Part shown: in pieces, positions 22,119 through 31,494 of the stretch | How the letters are laid out: each line of letters begins with the position of its first letter | Numbering within the stretch: the stretch's first letter is position 1 | Assembly (NCBI GenBank): GCA_965277405.1 | Contig: OZ255726.1 | Location: 1,376,001 to 1,440,000 of the forward strand | Length of the DNA: 64,000 nt | Direction of reading: 5' to 3' | From: Gammaproteobacteria bacterium | GTDB lineage: Bacteria > Pseudomonadota > Gammaproteobacteria > G965277405 | The notes under the pieces: model-generated | What the model was told of the DNA's origin: nothing | Database searches by the model: none | What the model saw: only the letters and a program-made list of their open reading frames with translations | Translations under genes and position numbers: made by a program

Positions 22119-23006
22119 ATGAATTTTAGAGATCTACAATACATAATTGCTGTTGCTAGTACCTTAAGTTTCAGCAGAGCCGCTGAGGCATGCAATGTCT
22201 CACAGCCATCGTTAAGTATGCAAATCAAAAAGCTAGAGGCTGAGCTTGGCATCCAATTATTTATCCGTAATAATCGCCGTGTACAGGTCTCCGCTATGGG
22301 CAAAATTGTGTTAGATCGTGCCCAGCAAATTTTAACACTCAAGGATGAAATATCGAACTTTGCCCAAGCAAACAACAACGTGTTAAAAGGAACAATAAAT
22401 TTAGGCGCAATTTTGACAGTTGCTCCATATGTGTTTCCAGCAATCATTCAAATAACTGCCGTTGCCGCACCAGATACCACTCTCATCTTAAAAGAAGCCA
22501 AAACTGAAGATTTATTAAAAGGGCTGCTCAGTGAAGAAATCGACGCTGCCATTGTTAGCTTGCCAACAGATGACAATGTGTTTGAAAGCCAAGCATTATT
22601 TACAGACCCATTGTATGTGGCTGTTGCTGCGAGCCATCCTTTGGCAAGTCGGCAGATAATTAGTGCTGGGTCATTAGAAAATGAAGCGCTTATCCTGCTA
22701 GAAGAAGGGCATTGCTTGCGCAAGCAGGCGTTAGAAATTTGCTGTTCAATATCTGCACATGAAAACAAAATGTTGCAAGCGTCCAGTTTAGAAACTATTA
22801 AGAGTTTTGTTTCAATTGGTCAAGGACTCACGCTGATGCCAAGTATTGCTAAAAAAAATAACGATGGGATTTGTTATATCCCGCTGCAAAACAACAGTTT
22901 CTCGCGGACCATTGGCCTTGTCTGGAAAAAAGCATCAGCGAAAGCTGTGTTGATATCGCAGTTATTGGGGCTTATGCATACACTGTATATGAGTGATGCA
23001 GCTTAA
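22119..23006 (+). CDS. oxyR: OxyR, LysR-family peroxide sensor
   Basis: LysR HTH; LLEEGHCLRKQALEIC redox cysteine pair; SLET; divergent from katG. Confidence 0.9.
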   Translation: MNFRDLQYIIAVASTLSFSRAAEACNVSQPSLSMQIKKLEAELGIQLFIRNNRRVQVSAMGKIVLDRAQQILTLKDEISNFAQANNNVLKGTINLGAILTVAPYVFPAIIQITAVAAPDTTLILKEAKTEDLLKGLLSEEIDAAIVSLPTDDNVFESQALFTDPLYVAVAASHPLASRQIISAGSLENEALILLEEGHCLRKQALEICCSISAHENKMLQASSLETIKSFVSIGQGLTLMPSIAKKNNDGICYIPLQNNSFSRTIGLVWKKASAKAVLISQLLGLMHTLYMSDAA

Positions 23007-23007
23007 G

Positions 23008-23017
23008 CAGAGCTTCC
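23008..23017 (-). repeat. Isolated IS5/MITE terminal stub
   Basis: CAGAGCTTCC|TTAA, inverted relative to the stub at 11582. Confidence 0.55.
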
Positions 23018-23044
23018 TTAAGTTCGTGGATTGTATGCCCTCAA

Positions 23045-23875
23045 TTATGCGGCTACAGTGCGTTGTTTTTGCTTTCCCAATCCAGCGATGCTCAACTCAA
23101 TGGTTTGTCCAGCTTGCAAAAATTGTTGAGGAGACATCCCTAAACCAACGCCAGCAGGTGTCCCGGTAGAGATGATATCGCCAGGCAGCAACGTCATAAA
23201 CTGCGATAAATAGCTGATAATTGTTGCTGGTTTGAAAATCATTTGGTTGGTATTACTCGCTTGCTTGACGACTCCATCAACGCGCAGCTCCATGGCGAGG
23301 TTAGCAACATCTGCTATTTCACCCAGCGGCACCAAATACGGGCCAGTGGGAGCAAAAGTATCGTGTGATTTACCCTTGACCCATTGTCCGCCACGTTCTG
23401 TTTGAAAGGCGCGCTCTGAAACGTCGTTAATCATACAAACACCAGCGACATGGTTAAGCGCGGCTGCTTCGTCAACATATTTAGCTGGTTTGCCAATTAC
23501 AACTCCAAGCTCTACTTCCCAGTCTGTTTTTTGGCTGGTGCGGGGAATTTCGACATTATCATTGGGTCCACAAAGCGCACTTGGCGCTTTAAAAAAAATG
23601 ATTGGCTCGTTAGGAGGTGTGGCGCCTGTCTCTAGCGCATGGTCAGCATAGTTCAGACCGATGCAGATAAACTTGCTTGGCGTTGGGACACACGAGCCGA
23701 TGCGCTGATTTAGCGAAAGTTGTTCAAGTTTGTTCACATCGATGTCTAGGTTGGCTAAATTGCTGAGCACAGCGGGGGTAAAGTCTGCGATTAAAGGGGA
23801 TAAATCATACGCTGTATCGGTATGGAGTACCGCGGGTTTTTCTTGGCCAATTGCGCCGATGCGTAAAAATTTCAT
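23045..23875 (-). CDS. Fumarylacetoacetate-hydrolase family protein (probable 2,4-diketo-3-deoxy-L-fuconate hydrolase)
   Basis: CIGLNY.DH, DWEVEL, NDVSER, KGKS.DTF, TGTP.GVG; fucose-cluster context. Confidence 0.85.
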   Translation of the reverse strand: MKFLRIGAIGQEKPAVLHTDTAYDLSPLIADFTPAVLSNLANLDIDVNKLEQLSLNQRIGSCVPTPSKFICIGLNYADHALETGATPPNEPIIFFKAPSALCGPNDNVEIPRTSQKTDWEVELGVVIGKPAKYVDEAAALNHVAGVCMINDVSERAFQTERGGQWVKGKSHDTFAPTGPYLVPLGEIADVANLAMELRVDGVVKQASNTNQMIFKPATIISYLSQFMTLLPGDIISTGTPAGVGLGMSPQQFLQAGQTIELSIAGLGKQKQRTVAA

Positions 23876-23896
23876 GGTTAGTATTGCTCCGTAGGT

Positions 23897-24643
23897 TTAG
23901 ATATTGGTCCAGCCACCGTCAATAATTTGCGCGGTGCCCGTGGTGTATTGGGATTCATCACTCGCAAGATACAGCACTAAATATGCAATTTCCTCTGCGG
24001 TGCCAAGCCTCCCTAGCGGTTGGCGAGCAAGAAATGCTGCGCGTGCGGCTTGATACCCTCCAGTGAGGGTTTTCCCCATTTCCTGCATCCGACCTTCAAG
24101 AGAAGGGCTCGCGACTGTCCCCGGGCAAATCGCGTTGCAGCGCAGCCCGTCAGTGATGAAGTCAGCCGCGATTGATTTTGTCAAACCAATAATTGCGGCT
24201 TTTGTTGTGCCATAGACGAACCGATTCGGCGCAGCAATAGTCGACGACACTGCCGATGCGATATTGACAATGCTCGATGTTGGTTTGCTGAGTAATTGCG
24301 GCAAAAATGTACGACACATTCTATAGGTTGCGCGCACGTTTAAATCAATAGAAAAGTTAAACTGCTCGTCATCACAATCAAGAATGTTGCCATGGGCAAC
24401 AAAGCCAGCGCAATTTACCAACACATCAAAATCTTGGTGTTGTGTTGCAAGGTGGGTAACAGCGGTTGAGTCGAGGACATCAACGACTTGGGTTTGGCAG
24501 CCGGCAACGCCTTGTAATAATTCTGCGTTGATGTCTGTGGCTAAAACATTTGCCCCTTCTGCGGCGCATAGTTCGGCGCATGCCTTACCAATGCCTTGAC
24601 CTGCAGCAGTAATAAGTACATTTTTATTGGGTAGGCGTGGCAT
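23897..24643 (-). CDS. SDR, probable 2-keto-3-deoxy-L-fuconate dehydrogenase
   Basis: TAAGQGIG, NCAGFV..G.ILDC, YGTTKAA, CNAICPGTV.SPSL; start set at ATG 24643. Confidence 0.85.
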   Translation of the reverse strand: MPRLPNKNVLITAAGQGIGKACAELCAAEGANVLATDINAELLQGVAGCQTQVVDVLDSTAVTHLATQHQDFDVLVNCAGFVAHGNILDCDDEQFNFSIDLNVRATYRMCRTFLPQLLSKPTSSIVNIASAVSSTIAAPNRFVYGTTKAAIIGLTKSIAADFITDGLRCNAICPGTVASPSLEGRMQEMGKTLTGGYQAARAAFLARQPLGRLGTAEEIAYLVLYLASDESQYTTGTAQIIDGGWTNI

Positions 24644-24711
24644 GGTCAGGCTCTCCTCGAGTATGGTTGCTGGCGTGAATAATTTGTGATGCGGGTCAAC
24701 AGGTGGGGTTG

Positions 24712-25545
24712 TCACCGGTCGAGTGTATAAAACTGCTGAGCAGTGCGAAAAAAAATTGCTTGCTGCTCTGCAAGGGTTAGCTGCTGGCAATAGTATTGCA
24801 ACATTGATAACCAATCATGGTAATTGCACACTAATTTGACCACAGGCCAATCGCTGCCGTACATCAATTTTTTCGCTCCAAATGATTCAAGCAAATAGTC
24901 AAGGTACGGTATCAGCACTTGCACATCAGCAGAGTTGGCTTCAGTCACCAACCCTGAGAGTTTGCAATACACGTTGTCAAGCCTGCTCAGCGGCTGGATG
25001 CGTTGCTGCCATTGCTTAAAACCATCGCTGCTGCAAATATTAGGCTTGGCAGCATGGTCGATGACAATCGGTAACCCAGGGTTGCGCACCGCAAAATGAT
25101 ATAACCCATCGAGCGAGCGCGGGGTGAGCAAGGCATCAAAGGTGAGGTTGTGCGCGACCAACGCATCGATGCTCGGCTGCAACTGCGCAGCGCAAATCCA
25201 AGCGTCATCAGCCATGCTTGGTAACATTGGGCGGACACCTTTTAATGCGCTGGTGGCGGGGAGTGCGTCGAGTTGTTGTTGGACAACTGCTGGCGCATCC
25301 AATGGCAGCCAACCGACAACGCCAGCAATGATGCTGTGCTCAGTAGCAAGCGTTAATAATGCCTGTGTTTCGGCAATACTCGCTGCTGTTTGCACGATAA
25401 CCGTTTGGCTGACCGCTGCAGCCGATTCGCAGGTATAGTCGTGGATTGAAAAGTCACGATATATCTGCGCCAAGTCCACAGTCGGCCAGGCAAAATACGG
25501 CGCGTCTAATCGCCAAACGTGGCAGTGGCTGTCGATGATGCGCAT
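24712..25545 (-). CDS. Amidohydrolase, probable L-fuconolactonase
   Basis: IDSHCH.W, GVVGW, IDHAAKP, CKLSGL, YGSDWPV; start set at ATG 25545. Confidence 0.85.
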   Translation of the reverse strand: MRIIDSHCHVWRLDAPYFAWPTVDLAQIYRDFSIHDYTCESAAAVSQTVIVQTAASIAETQALLTLATEHSIIAGVVGWLPLDAPAVVQQQLDALPATSALKGVRPMLPSMADDAWICAAQLQPSIDALVAHNLTFDALLTPRSLDGLYHFAVRNPGLPIVIDHAAKPNICSSDGFKQWQQRIQPLSRLDNVYCKLSGLVTEANSADVQVLIPYLDYLLESFGAKKLMYGSDWPVVKLVCNYHDWLSMLQYYCQQLTLAEQQAIFFRTAQQFYTLDR

Positions 25546-25546
25546 A

Positions 25547-26566
25547 TTATAATGGCTGGTGTCGGATGTTGTCGATGGCAACATTGGCTTGAATGAGCCC
25601 GTTTTGCTGCAATGCCTGCCAAAGTTGTGGCGGGACAGGTTGGTTAATCCAACCAATATTCTGCTTAAGCTGTGGCAAACTATTGCCGCCAAGCAGGACA
25701 CTGGCAATCGCTGGGTGCGAATGGGCAAAATGGAGCGCGGCTGCGGGGAGTTGGGTGTTGTGGCTGCTGCAGATGGCGGCTAATTGTTCGGCTTTGTCTA
25801 TAATATGTGCTGGCGCTTGTTGATAATTATAGTTGGAACTACTTTTCTCGCTGCTGGCGAGGATGCCAGAATTAAACACCCCGCCGAGCACCACTGCGCT
25901 GCCGTGTTGCTGGCACAGCGGCAATAACGTATTAACAGGGCTTTGTTCCAGCAAACTATACCGACCAGCTAGCAAAAACACATCCCAATGTCCATGCTGC
26001 ATTGCCTCTACGCAGACCTGCCATTCATTCACCCCCAGACCAAACCCCTTAATATTGCCGTTGCGCCGCAGCTCGTCGAGGGCAGTATACCCAGAGGTCA
26101 TCGCGATTGCCATCGTCGCTGGATGGGTGTCGCCGTGGGTGACAGCTCCGATGTCATGGATATACAAAATATCGATAGCGTCAGTCCCCAGCCGCTGGAT
26201 GCTATCGGCATACGAGCGCATGACGCCAGCGTAGCTATAATCAAATATCGGTCGAAATGGCAAAGCATCAACGTAGCAGTCACAACCTTGATGGTGGCTG
26301 TGGTCTGGTGCTAACACCCGTCCTACCTTGGTTGAAAGCTGCCACGGGTCAGCTTGGTCATCAGCTAGATTGCGCAGAAAATCACCAAGTCGCCGTTCGC
26401 TCAGTCCAAAGCCGTATAACGGCGCTGTGTCAAAATAGCGCATCCCAGCATCCCACGCCGCACGCAAAAACTGTGCGGCTTGTTGATCGCTTATAGCTCG
26501 GTATAAATTGCCAAGCGCAGCGCAACCCATGCCCCATACTGGGAGTCGTATTAGCTGTTTCTGCAT
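25547..26566 (-). CDS. Aldo/keto reductase, probable L-fucose (D-threo-aldose) dehydrogenase
   Basis: G.AALGNLY, YFDTAPLYG.GLSE.RLG, STKVGR, FDYS, LLAGRYSLLEQ. Confidence 0.85.
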   Translation of the reverse strand: MQKQLIRLPVWGMGCAALGNLYRAISDQQAAQFLRAAWDAGMRYFDTAPLYGFGLSERRLGDFLRNLADDQADPWQLSTKVGRVLAPDHSHHQGCDCYVDALPFRPIFDYSYAGVMRSYADSIQRLGTDAIDILYIHDIGAVTHGDTHPATMAIAMTSGYTALDELRRNGNIKGFGLGVNEWQVCVEAMQHGHWDVFLLAGRYSLLEQSPVNTLLPLCQQHGSAVVLGGVFNSGILASSEKSSSNYNYQQAPAHIIDKAEQLAAICSSHNTQLPAAALHFAHSHPAIASVLLGGNSLPQLKQNIGWINQPVPPQLWQALQQNGLIQANVAIDNIRHQPL

Positions 26567-26680
26567 CGATACTATGCTAACAGGAGATTGAAAATTTTTT
26601 ATGAAAAATGTTGGATAATATGTGGCTGCTAAGGCGCGGTTGCACCGTCTTTTGTCAAATATACTTATGGGTTACGGCAA

Positions 26681-26788
26681 TTGCTGTGTTGCATCCCTTG
26701 GCGGATATGCTACGGCATGCGCCAACGAATACATGCACCTTGCAATTGCAGGCAAAGTCGCTCCATCAGCGGCTTAATCAGAGTTTCC
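26681..26788. mobile_element. Half-MITE
   Basis: TTGCTGTGTTGCATCCCTTGGCG...CTTAATCAGAGTTTCC|CTAG. Confidence 0.7.
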
Positions 26789-27180
26789 CTAGCATCATGA
26801 GCGACTAAAAAGCTGCACCAGCCAACACACACAGCCATAGCAGTGCAATAACAAGGTGCATACCAATACGGCAATAATAAGAGTAAAACAATATCCTATT
26901 GCTAGACTCAATAACGCCTCAACGACACTCCAAATACTCGTTAGCGGCCAAGGAATCCCTATTAGATAGATAAGCGGAAGCATTAACACAATAGCAATCG
27001 TATGAATATATTTATTCAGCAAAATATCAGTAAACATGCTTTCGTTATATCACAAGTGGCGTGTTATCAGTAATTTGGATTTATCGGCACTCGATTACGC
27101 GCTTAATCAATCCACTACACCTGACAACAAGATTGCCAACGTTTCGCAGCAAATAGGCAAAAGCATTATCCAAACTCAAA

Positions 27181-27463
27181 GGGACCTCTGATTAACTCGC
27201 TGATGGAGCGAGTTTGCCTGCAATTGCTGATGATTGCAAAGCGCAAACCGCTAAGCGCATGCCGTAGCATATACGCCAAGGGATGCAACACAGCAAGCGC
27301 AGCAATTGCAGCAAACCGTTGTATATTCAACAGAAGGACGGGAAAAAACGCTGCGCTCACGTCGTTGCACTTGATAATACCACCAGTATTATCAAGTGCT
27401 GCGCCTAGTTATCATCAGCGTTTTTTCTCCGTCTCCCCCATCATGGAATTAATTAGAGATTCC
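27181..27463. mobile_element. MITE with IS5-type termini
   Basis: GGGACCTCTGATTAACTCGCTGATGG...AATTAATTAGAGATTCC|CTAA. Confidence 0.85.
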
Positions 27464-27593
27464 CTAAGGCAACTTGACCGACTCAACATCGCCAACGTTA
27501 TCTATACGGGCTGGCGCCTACGCTAGAGTCGATAATACTCACTACTTGATCGGTTAAGCAAAATTCTCACTAGGCTTGCAGGCAATTATGAGT

Positions 27594-27685
27594 AAAAAAA
27601 ACGCCACAGTAAACTGTGGCGTTCAATAGCATTTTATGATCTAAACCTTGTTAACGGAAAGCTCACATTTTCCAGAGTGCTATAT
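27594..27685 (-). ncRNA. tracrRNA
   Basis: Anti-repeat 27650-27685 (CATTTTCCAGAGTGCTATA identical to the repeat), then GTTAACAAG nexus-like motif and hairpin AACGCCACAGT/ACTGTGGCGTT with T-run on the minus strand. Confidence 0.9.
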
Positions 27686-27690
27686 TTTCT

Positions 27691-27719
27691 ATTAAAACAT
27701 AAGATGTTGTATATTTCAA
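27691..27719 (-). promoter_or_regulatory. Sigma70-type promoter of tracrRNA
   Basis: Minus strand TTGAAA-17 nt-TTTAAT with TG extension, immediately upstream of the anti-repeat. Confidence 0.65.
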
Positions 27720-27919
27720 GTGGGACTTTGCATTAAAATAAGTAATTCAGCAATTTTTTTAAAATAAGGCAGATGCATTTATTGTGCGTGTTTTTATATT
27801 TGGCACATGAATTTACAAGAGGATCGAGTTAACATTATCGTAATCAGCAGACGATAGCACCATCTGGTCAAGCTAATTACGCCAGTTGGTTGGTATACAC
27901 ATTTATAAAGGAGAAAATA

Positions 27920-28045
27920 ATGAAAATACGTTTAGGCATAGATGTAGGAACAAACTCGCTGGGCTGGGCTGTACTTGAATTGGATGAAAAAAATGAAGTG
28001 ATCCGCACCATTGATGCTGGGGTGCGTATTTTTTCAGATGGCTGA
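27920..28045 (+). other. 41-codon duplicate of the Cas9 N-terminus (RuvC-I), mini-ORF or pseudogene
   Basis: MKIRLGIDVGTNSLGWAVLELDEKNEVIRTIDAGVRIFSDG*, 37/41 identical to Cas9 residues 1-41; own AAGGAG RBS. Confidence 0.85.
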
Positions 28046-28092
28046 AACCTAGGTGTTGGTTGGTATACACATTATATTAAGGAGAAAACATA

Positions 28093-31000
28093 ATGAAATG
28101 GCGTTTAGGAATAGATTTAGGCACGAACTCGCTTGGCTGGGCTGTACTTGAATTGGATGAAAAAAATGAAGTGATCCGCATCATTGATGCTGGAGCCCGT
28201 ATTTTTTCAGATGGAAGAAATCCAAAAGATAAGCATTCAAATGCAGTAACAAGAAGAGAAGCGCGTGGTGCCAGGCGGAATCGAGGTCGCGGAAAAAATC
28301 GGCAAGCTCGTTTGATGCAAGAGCTTATATCCGTAGGCTTGATGCCGAGTGACGAGACAGCACGCAAAGCTTTAGAAGGAGGAAAAAACATTTCGCAGTT
28401 AGCAACAGACCCTTGGATTTTACGCTGCCGCGCCCTAAAAGAAGCAATATCCCTGCAGCAAATAGGCAGAGTTATTTTTCATCTAGGGCAAAGACGTGGT
28501 TTTAAATCCAATCGAAAAACAGACCGAGCTAATAATGAAAAAGGCAAAGTCAAAGATGCTATTGCTCGCACCAAAGCTGATTTAGCCCAGCAAGGTGCGA
28601 CAACTCTTGGTGAATTGTTTGGCAAACCGCGACTCGACGTCGCCATACAAAACGCGCAACTGGCAAAAGGCAGGCGCTTGCCGCAACCATTAGCTCGAGT
28701 ACGTAGTACGGGTCAGGGTGTCAAATTGCAATATGACTATTATCCCACCCGCGAACTTATCCTCGACGAATTCGAGCAAATATGGCAAAAGCAAGCAGAA
28801 TATCATGCTGAGACTTTAACGGATGATGCCTATGATATTATCCAACAAACCCTTGCTTTTCAATACCCGTTAAAGCCACAACCTATTGGCAAATGCACCT
28901 TGCTGCCAGAAGAGTTGAGACTTGCAAAGGCAATGCCGACTTTTCAGCGTTCGCGGGTGTATCAAGAAGTCAATAACCTGCGTATTTGCCCAATTGGCGG
29001 GAAGGAATATTCAATTACGCTCGAGCAACGAGATGCAATTGTTAAACGGCTGCTGCAGCCAACCAGCCAAAAAGGAACAGTAACGTTCAACCAGTTGAGA
29101 AAATTATTAAGCCTATCAGCTTACGATATATTTAATCTAGAAAGTGAAAATAGACCATACTTAGAAGGCGATAAAACAGCGGCTGTGATGATGCAAAAAG
29201 AACGTTGGGGAACTGCATGGCTTAAGCTGGATACACCTGCCCAAGATGAAATTATTGAAAAACTGCTAGAAGAAGAAAACGAAGCAGACTTGCTCACATG
29301 GCTACAGCAACAATATGGCTTTGATACAGTACAAGCAGAAGCTATTGCAGACGCCCCTATTCCAAATGGCTATGGCAATCTTTCTAAAAAAGCGGTCGAC
29401 TGCTTGCAACCTATATTGCAAGCTGAAGTCATTACTTATGCAAAAGCTGCAATACGAGTATTTGGCTCCCATAGTAATTTTGCAACAGGAGAACTTCATG
29501 ATTTGCACCTGCCATATTATGGCAAAATATTAGAACGCCATGTTGCTTTTGGCTCAGGTAAGCCAGGTGACAAAGATGAACAACGCTACGGTAAAATCGC
29601 TAACCCAACCGTCCACGTAGCGTTGAATCAAGTGCGGGCTGTGGTGAATGATTTAATCCGCCGTTTTAAAGCGCCACATCAAGTTGTTATAGAAGTTGCA
29701 CGCGACTTACCGCTTTCTGCCAAAGGAAAAGGTGAGTTGTCAAGTCAACAACAGACTAACAAAGAAGCAAATGAGAGTCGGAAAGCCCGTTTAGTTGACG
29801 AGTATGGCGTTGCCAACACCCATGAAAATCGGCTACGGTTGCGTTTATATGACGAAATGGAGGCAATGGCTAAGCAATGCATATATAGTGGCAGACAAAT
29901 AGGCTTACATGAACTATTTAGCCACGCTATAGAGATAGACCATATCCTTCCTTTTTCACAAAGTTTGGACGACAGCTTTGCCAACAAAGTAATGTGCACG
30001 CGGGAAGCGAATCGTGATAAAGGCAATAACAGCCCATACCAAGCGTTTAGTCACAGCCCAAATGGCTATAGCTGGGAGGACATTTGCAATAGGGTTAAAT
30101 CTTTACCAGACAAAAATAAAAATAAAAAAAATAAAAAAAACAATATAGGTAATAAACATTGGCGGTTTAACGCTGATGCTATGGAGCAATTTGCAGAGGA
30201 AGGTGGTTTTTTAGCGCGGCAACTTAATGACACAAAATATATTGCCAGATTAACAAAAAGCTATTTAGAAGTAATGTTTGGTGGGGCGCCAACAGCTGGA
30301 GGCAGCCAACGTGTTTGGGTGGTAGTAGGCAAGCTAACAGCAGATCTACGCTATGTATGGAATTTAGATAGCGTGTTATTGGGTCACGATATTGCTGTTT
30401 CAGCAGCACAAAAGAAAAACCGCAGCGACCACCGCCACCATGCCATTGATGCAATTGTGATTGGGCTCACAGATAGAAAACTTGTTAAAAAAGCAGCATT
30501 GATTGCACAAGAAAATGAAGATTTAGGAACACGGCTGTTTGCAAGAATGCCCTTACCATGGCATGGCTTTAAAGAACAAGTGCGAACAGTATTAGAAAAA
30601 GTAGTTGTCAGCCACAAACCAGACCATGGTTATCAAGGAGCTATGCTCGACGGTACTGCATATGGGATAATGAATAAAAGCAAAATTGAGTCTGACTTTA
30701 CAAAAGCAGTTTCTGTTGTAACCCGTAAGTCATTAGATGATAGTAAATTTTTTAAAGCGCATCCAGACCTAAAAAAAATACGCGACCCAGACATTAAGGC
30801 ATCGTTACTTGCTGCCACTCAAGGGTATGGCGGGAGTGAATTTAAGCATGCGTTGGTGCAAGCAGGTGAGGCGATGCAGCCACCAGTACGTCGCGTTCGC
30901 ATCATTAAAAACGAGACGATCATCCCAATTGTCGATTATAAAACGGCACAAGTCTATAAAGGCTATGAAAGTGGCAGCAATTATTGTTATGATATTTGGC

Positions 31001-31362
31001 AAAATGGAACTGGCAAATGGGATGGGGTGGTCGTGTCGACATATACAGCATATCAACGTGCAAAAATAGATCCACAATGGTGGCGCAAGCCAGTAGATGA
31101 TGATGGAAAACCGCTGATTATGCGCCTACGCAAAAATGACATGTTGCGGATTCAAGATGCAGGGCGTGATAAAATTGTACGCGTCGTAAAATTTACTAAG
31201 GGGGTTCTTGCTTTAGCTGAGCATTTTGAAGCAAACGTTGACGCCAGGAACAGGAGCAAAGACGACGAGTTGAAATATATTTTTAAGGCGCCTTCAGCAC
31301 TGCAAAAAGCAAACGCCATCCGCATCACGGTCAGTCCATCGGGATTGGTTAAACGGTATTGA
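28093..31362 (+). CDS. cas9: Type II-C Cas9, 1089 aa
   Basis: RuvC-I GIDLG, Arg-rich bridge helix, RRGFKSNRK, NPTV, IEVAR, HNH EIDHILP...NKV...N..KGN, LNDT.Y, RHHAIDA all intact. Confidence 0.97.
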   Translation: MKWRLGIDLGTNSLGWAVLELDEKNEVIRIIDAGARIFSDGRNPKDKHSNAVTRREARGARRNRGRGKNRQARLMQELISVGLMPSDETARKALEGGKNISQLATDPWILRCRALKEAISLQQIGRVIFHLGQRRGFKSNRKTDRANNEKGKVKDAIARTKADLAQQGATTLGELFGKPRLDVAIQNAQLAKGRRLPQPLARVRSTGQGVKLQYDYYPTRELILDEFEQIWQKQAEYHAETLTDDAYDIIQQTLAFQYPLKPQPIGKCTLLPEELRLAKAMPTFQRSRVYQEVNNLRICPIGGKEYSITLEQRDAIVKRLLQPTSQKGTVTFNQLRKLLSLSAYDIFNLESENRPYLEGDKTAAVMMQKERWGTAWLKLDTPAQDEIIEKLLEEENEADLLTWLQQQYGFDTVQAEAIADAPIPNGYGNLSKKAVDCLQPILQAEVITYAKAAIRVFGSHSNFATGELHDLHLPYYGKILERHVAFGSGKPGDKDEQRYGKIANPTVHVALNQVRAVVNDLIRRFKAPHQVVIEVARDLPLSAKGKGELSSQQQTNKEANESRKARLVDEYGVANTHENRLRLRLYDEMEAMAKQCIYSGRQIGLHELFSHAIEIDHILPFSQSLDDSFANKVMCTREANRDKGNNSPYQAFSHSPNGYSWEDICNRVKSLPDKNKNKKNKKNNIGNKHWRFNADAMEQFAEEGGFLARQLNDTKYIARLTKSYLEVMFGGAPTAGGSQRVWVVVGKLTADLRYVWNLDSVLLGHDIAVSAAQKKNRSDHRHHAIDAIVIGLTDRKLVKKAALIAQENEDLGTRLFARMPLPWHGFKEQVRTVLEKVVVSHKPDHGYQGAMLDGTAYGIMNKSKIESDFTKAVSVVTRKSLDDSKFFKAHPDLKKIRDPDIKASLLAATQGYGGSEFKHALVQAGEAMQPPVRRVRIIKNETIIPIVDYKTAQVYKGYESGSNYCYDIWQNGTGKWDGVVVSTYTAYQRAKIDPQWWRKPVDDDGKPLIMRLRKNDMLRIQDAGRDKIVRVVKFTKGVLALAEHFEANVDARNRSKDDELKYIFKAPSALQKANAIRITVSPSGLVKRY

Positions 31363-31383
31363 TAATACTTGGAATATATCAAG

Positions 31384-31464
31384 GGAAGCTCTGAATAATT
31401 CCATGGTGGTGAGACGGAGCAAAAATGACGTTAGCGCATCGTTTTTCCCGTCATCAGAGGTTCC
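31384..31464. mobile_element. 81-bp internally deleted MITE between cas9 and cas1
   Basis: GGAAGCTCTGAATAATTCCATGGTGGTGAGACGG...CATCAGAGGTTCC. Confidence 0.75.
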
Positions 31465-31494
31465 TAAGGTAACAAGCGTCAGCGCGAGTGGTCT

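Noticed and set aside
26795-27037. 80-aa hydrophobic ORF
   Set aside because: No recognisable motif and it ends at a MITE fragment; may be real but cannot be supported
27853-27867. GATAGCACCATCTGG resembling part of the repeat; possible scaRNA or long tracrRNA
   Set aside because: Short gapped match with no GTTGCGG-like handle or target identified
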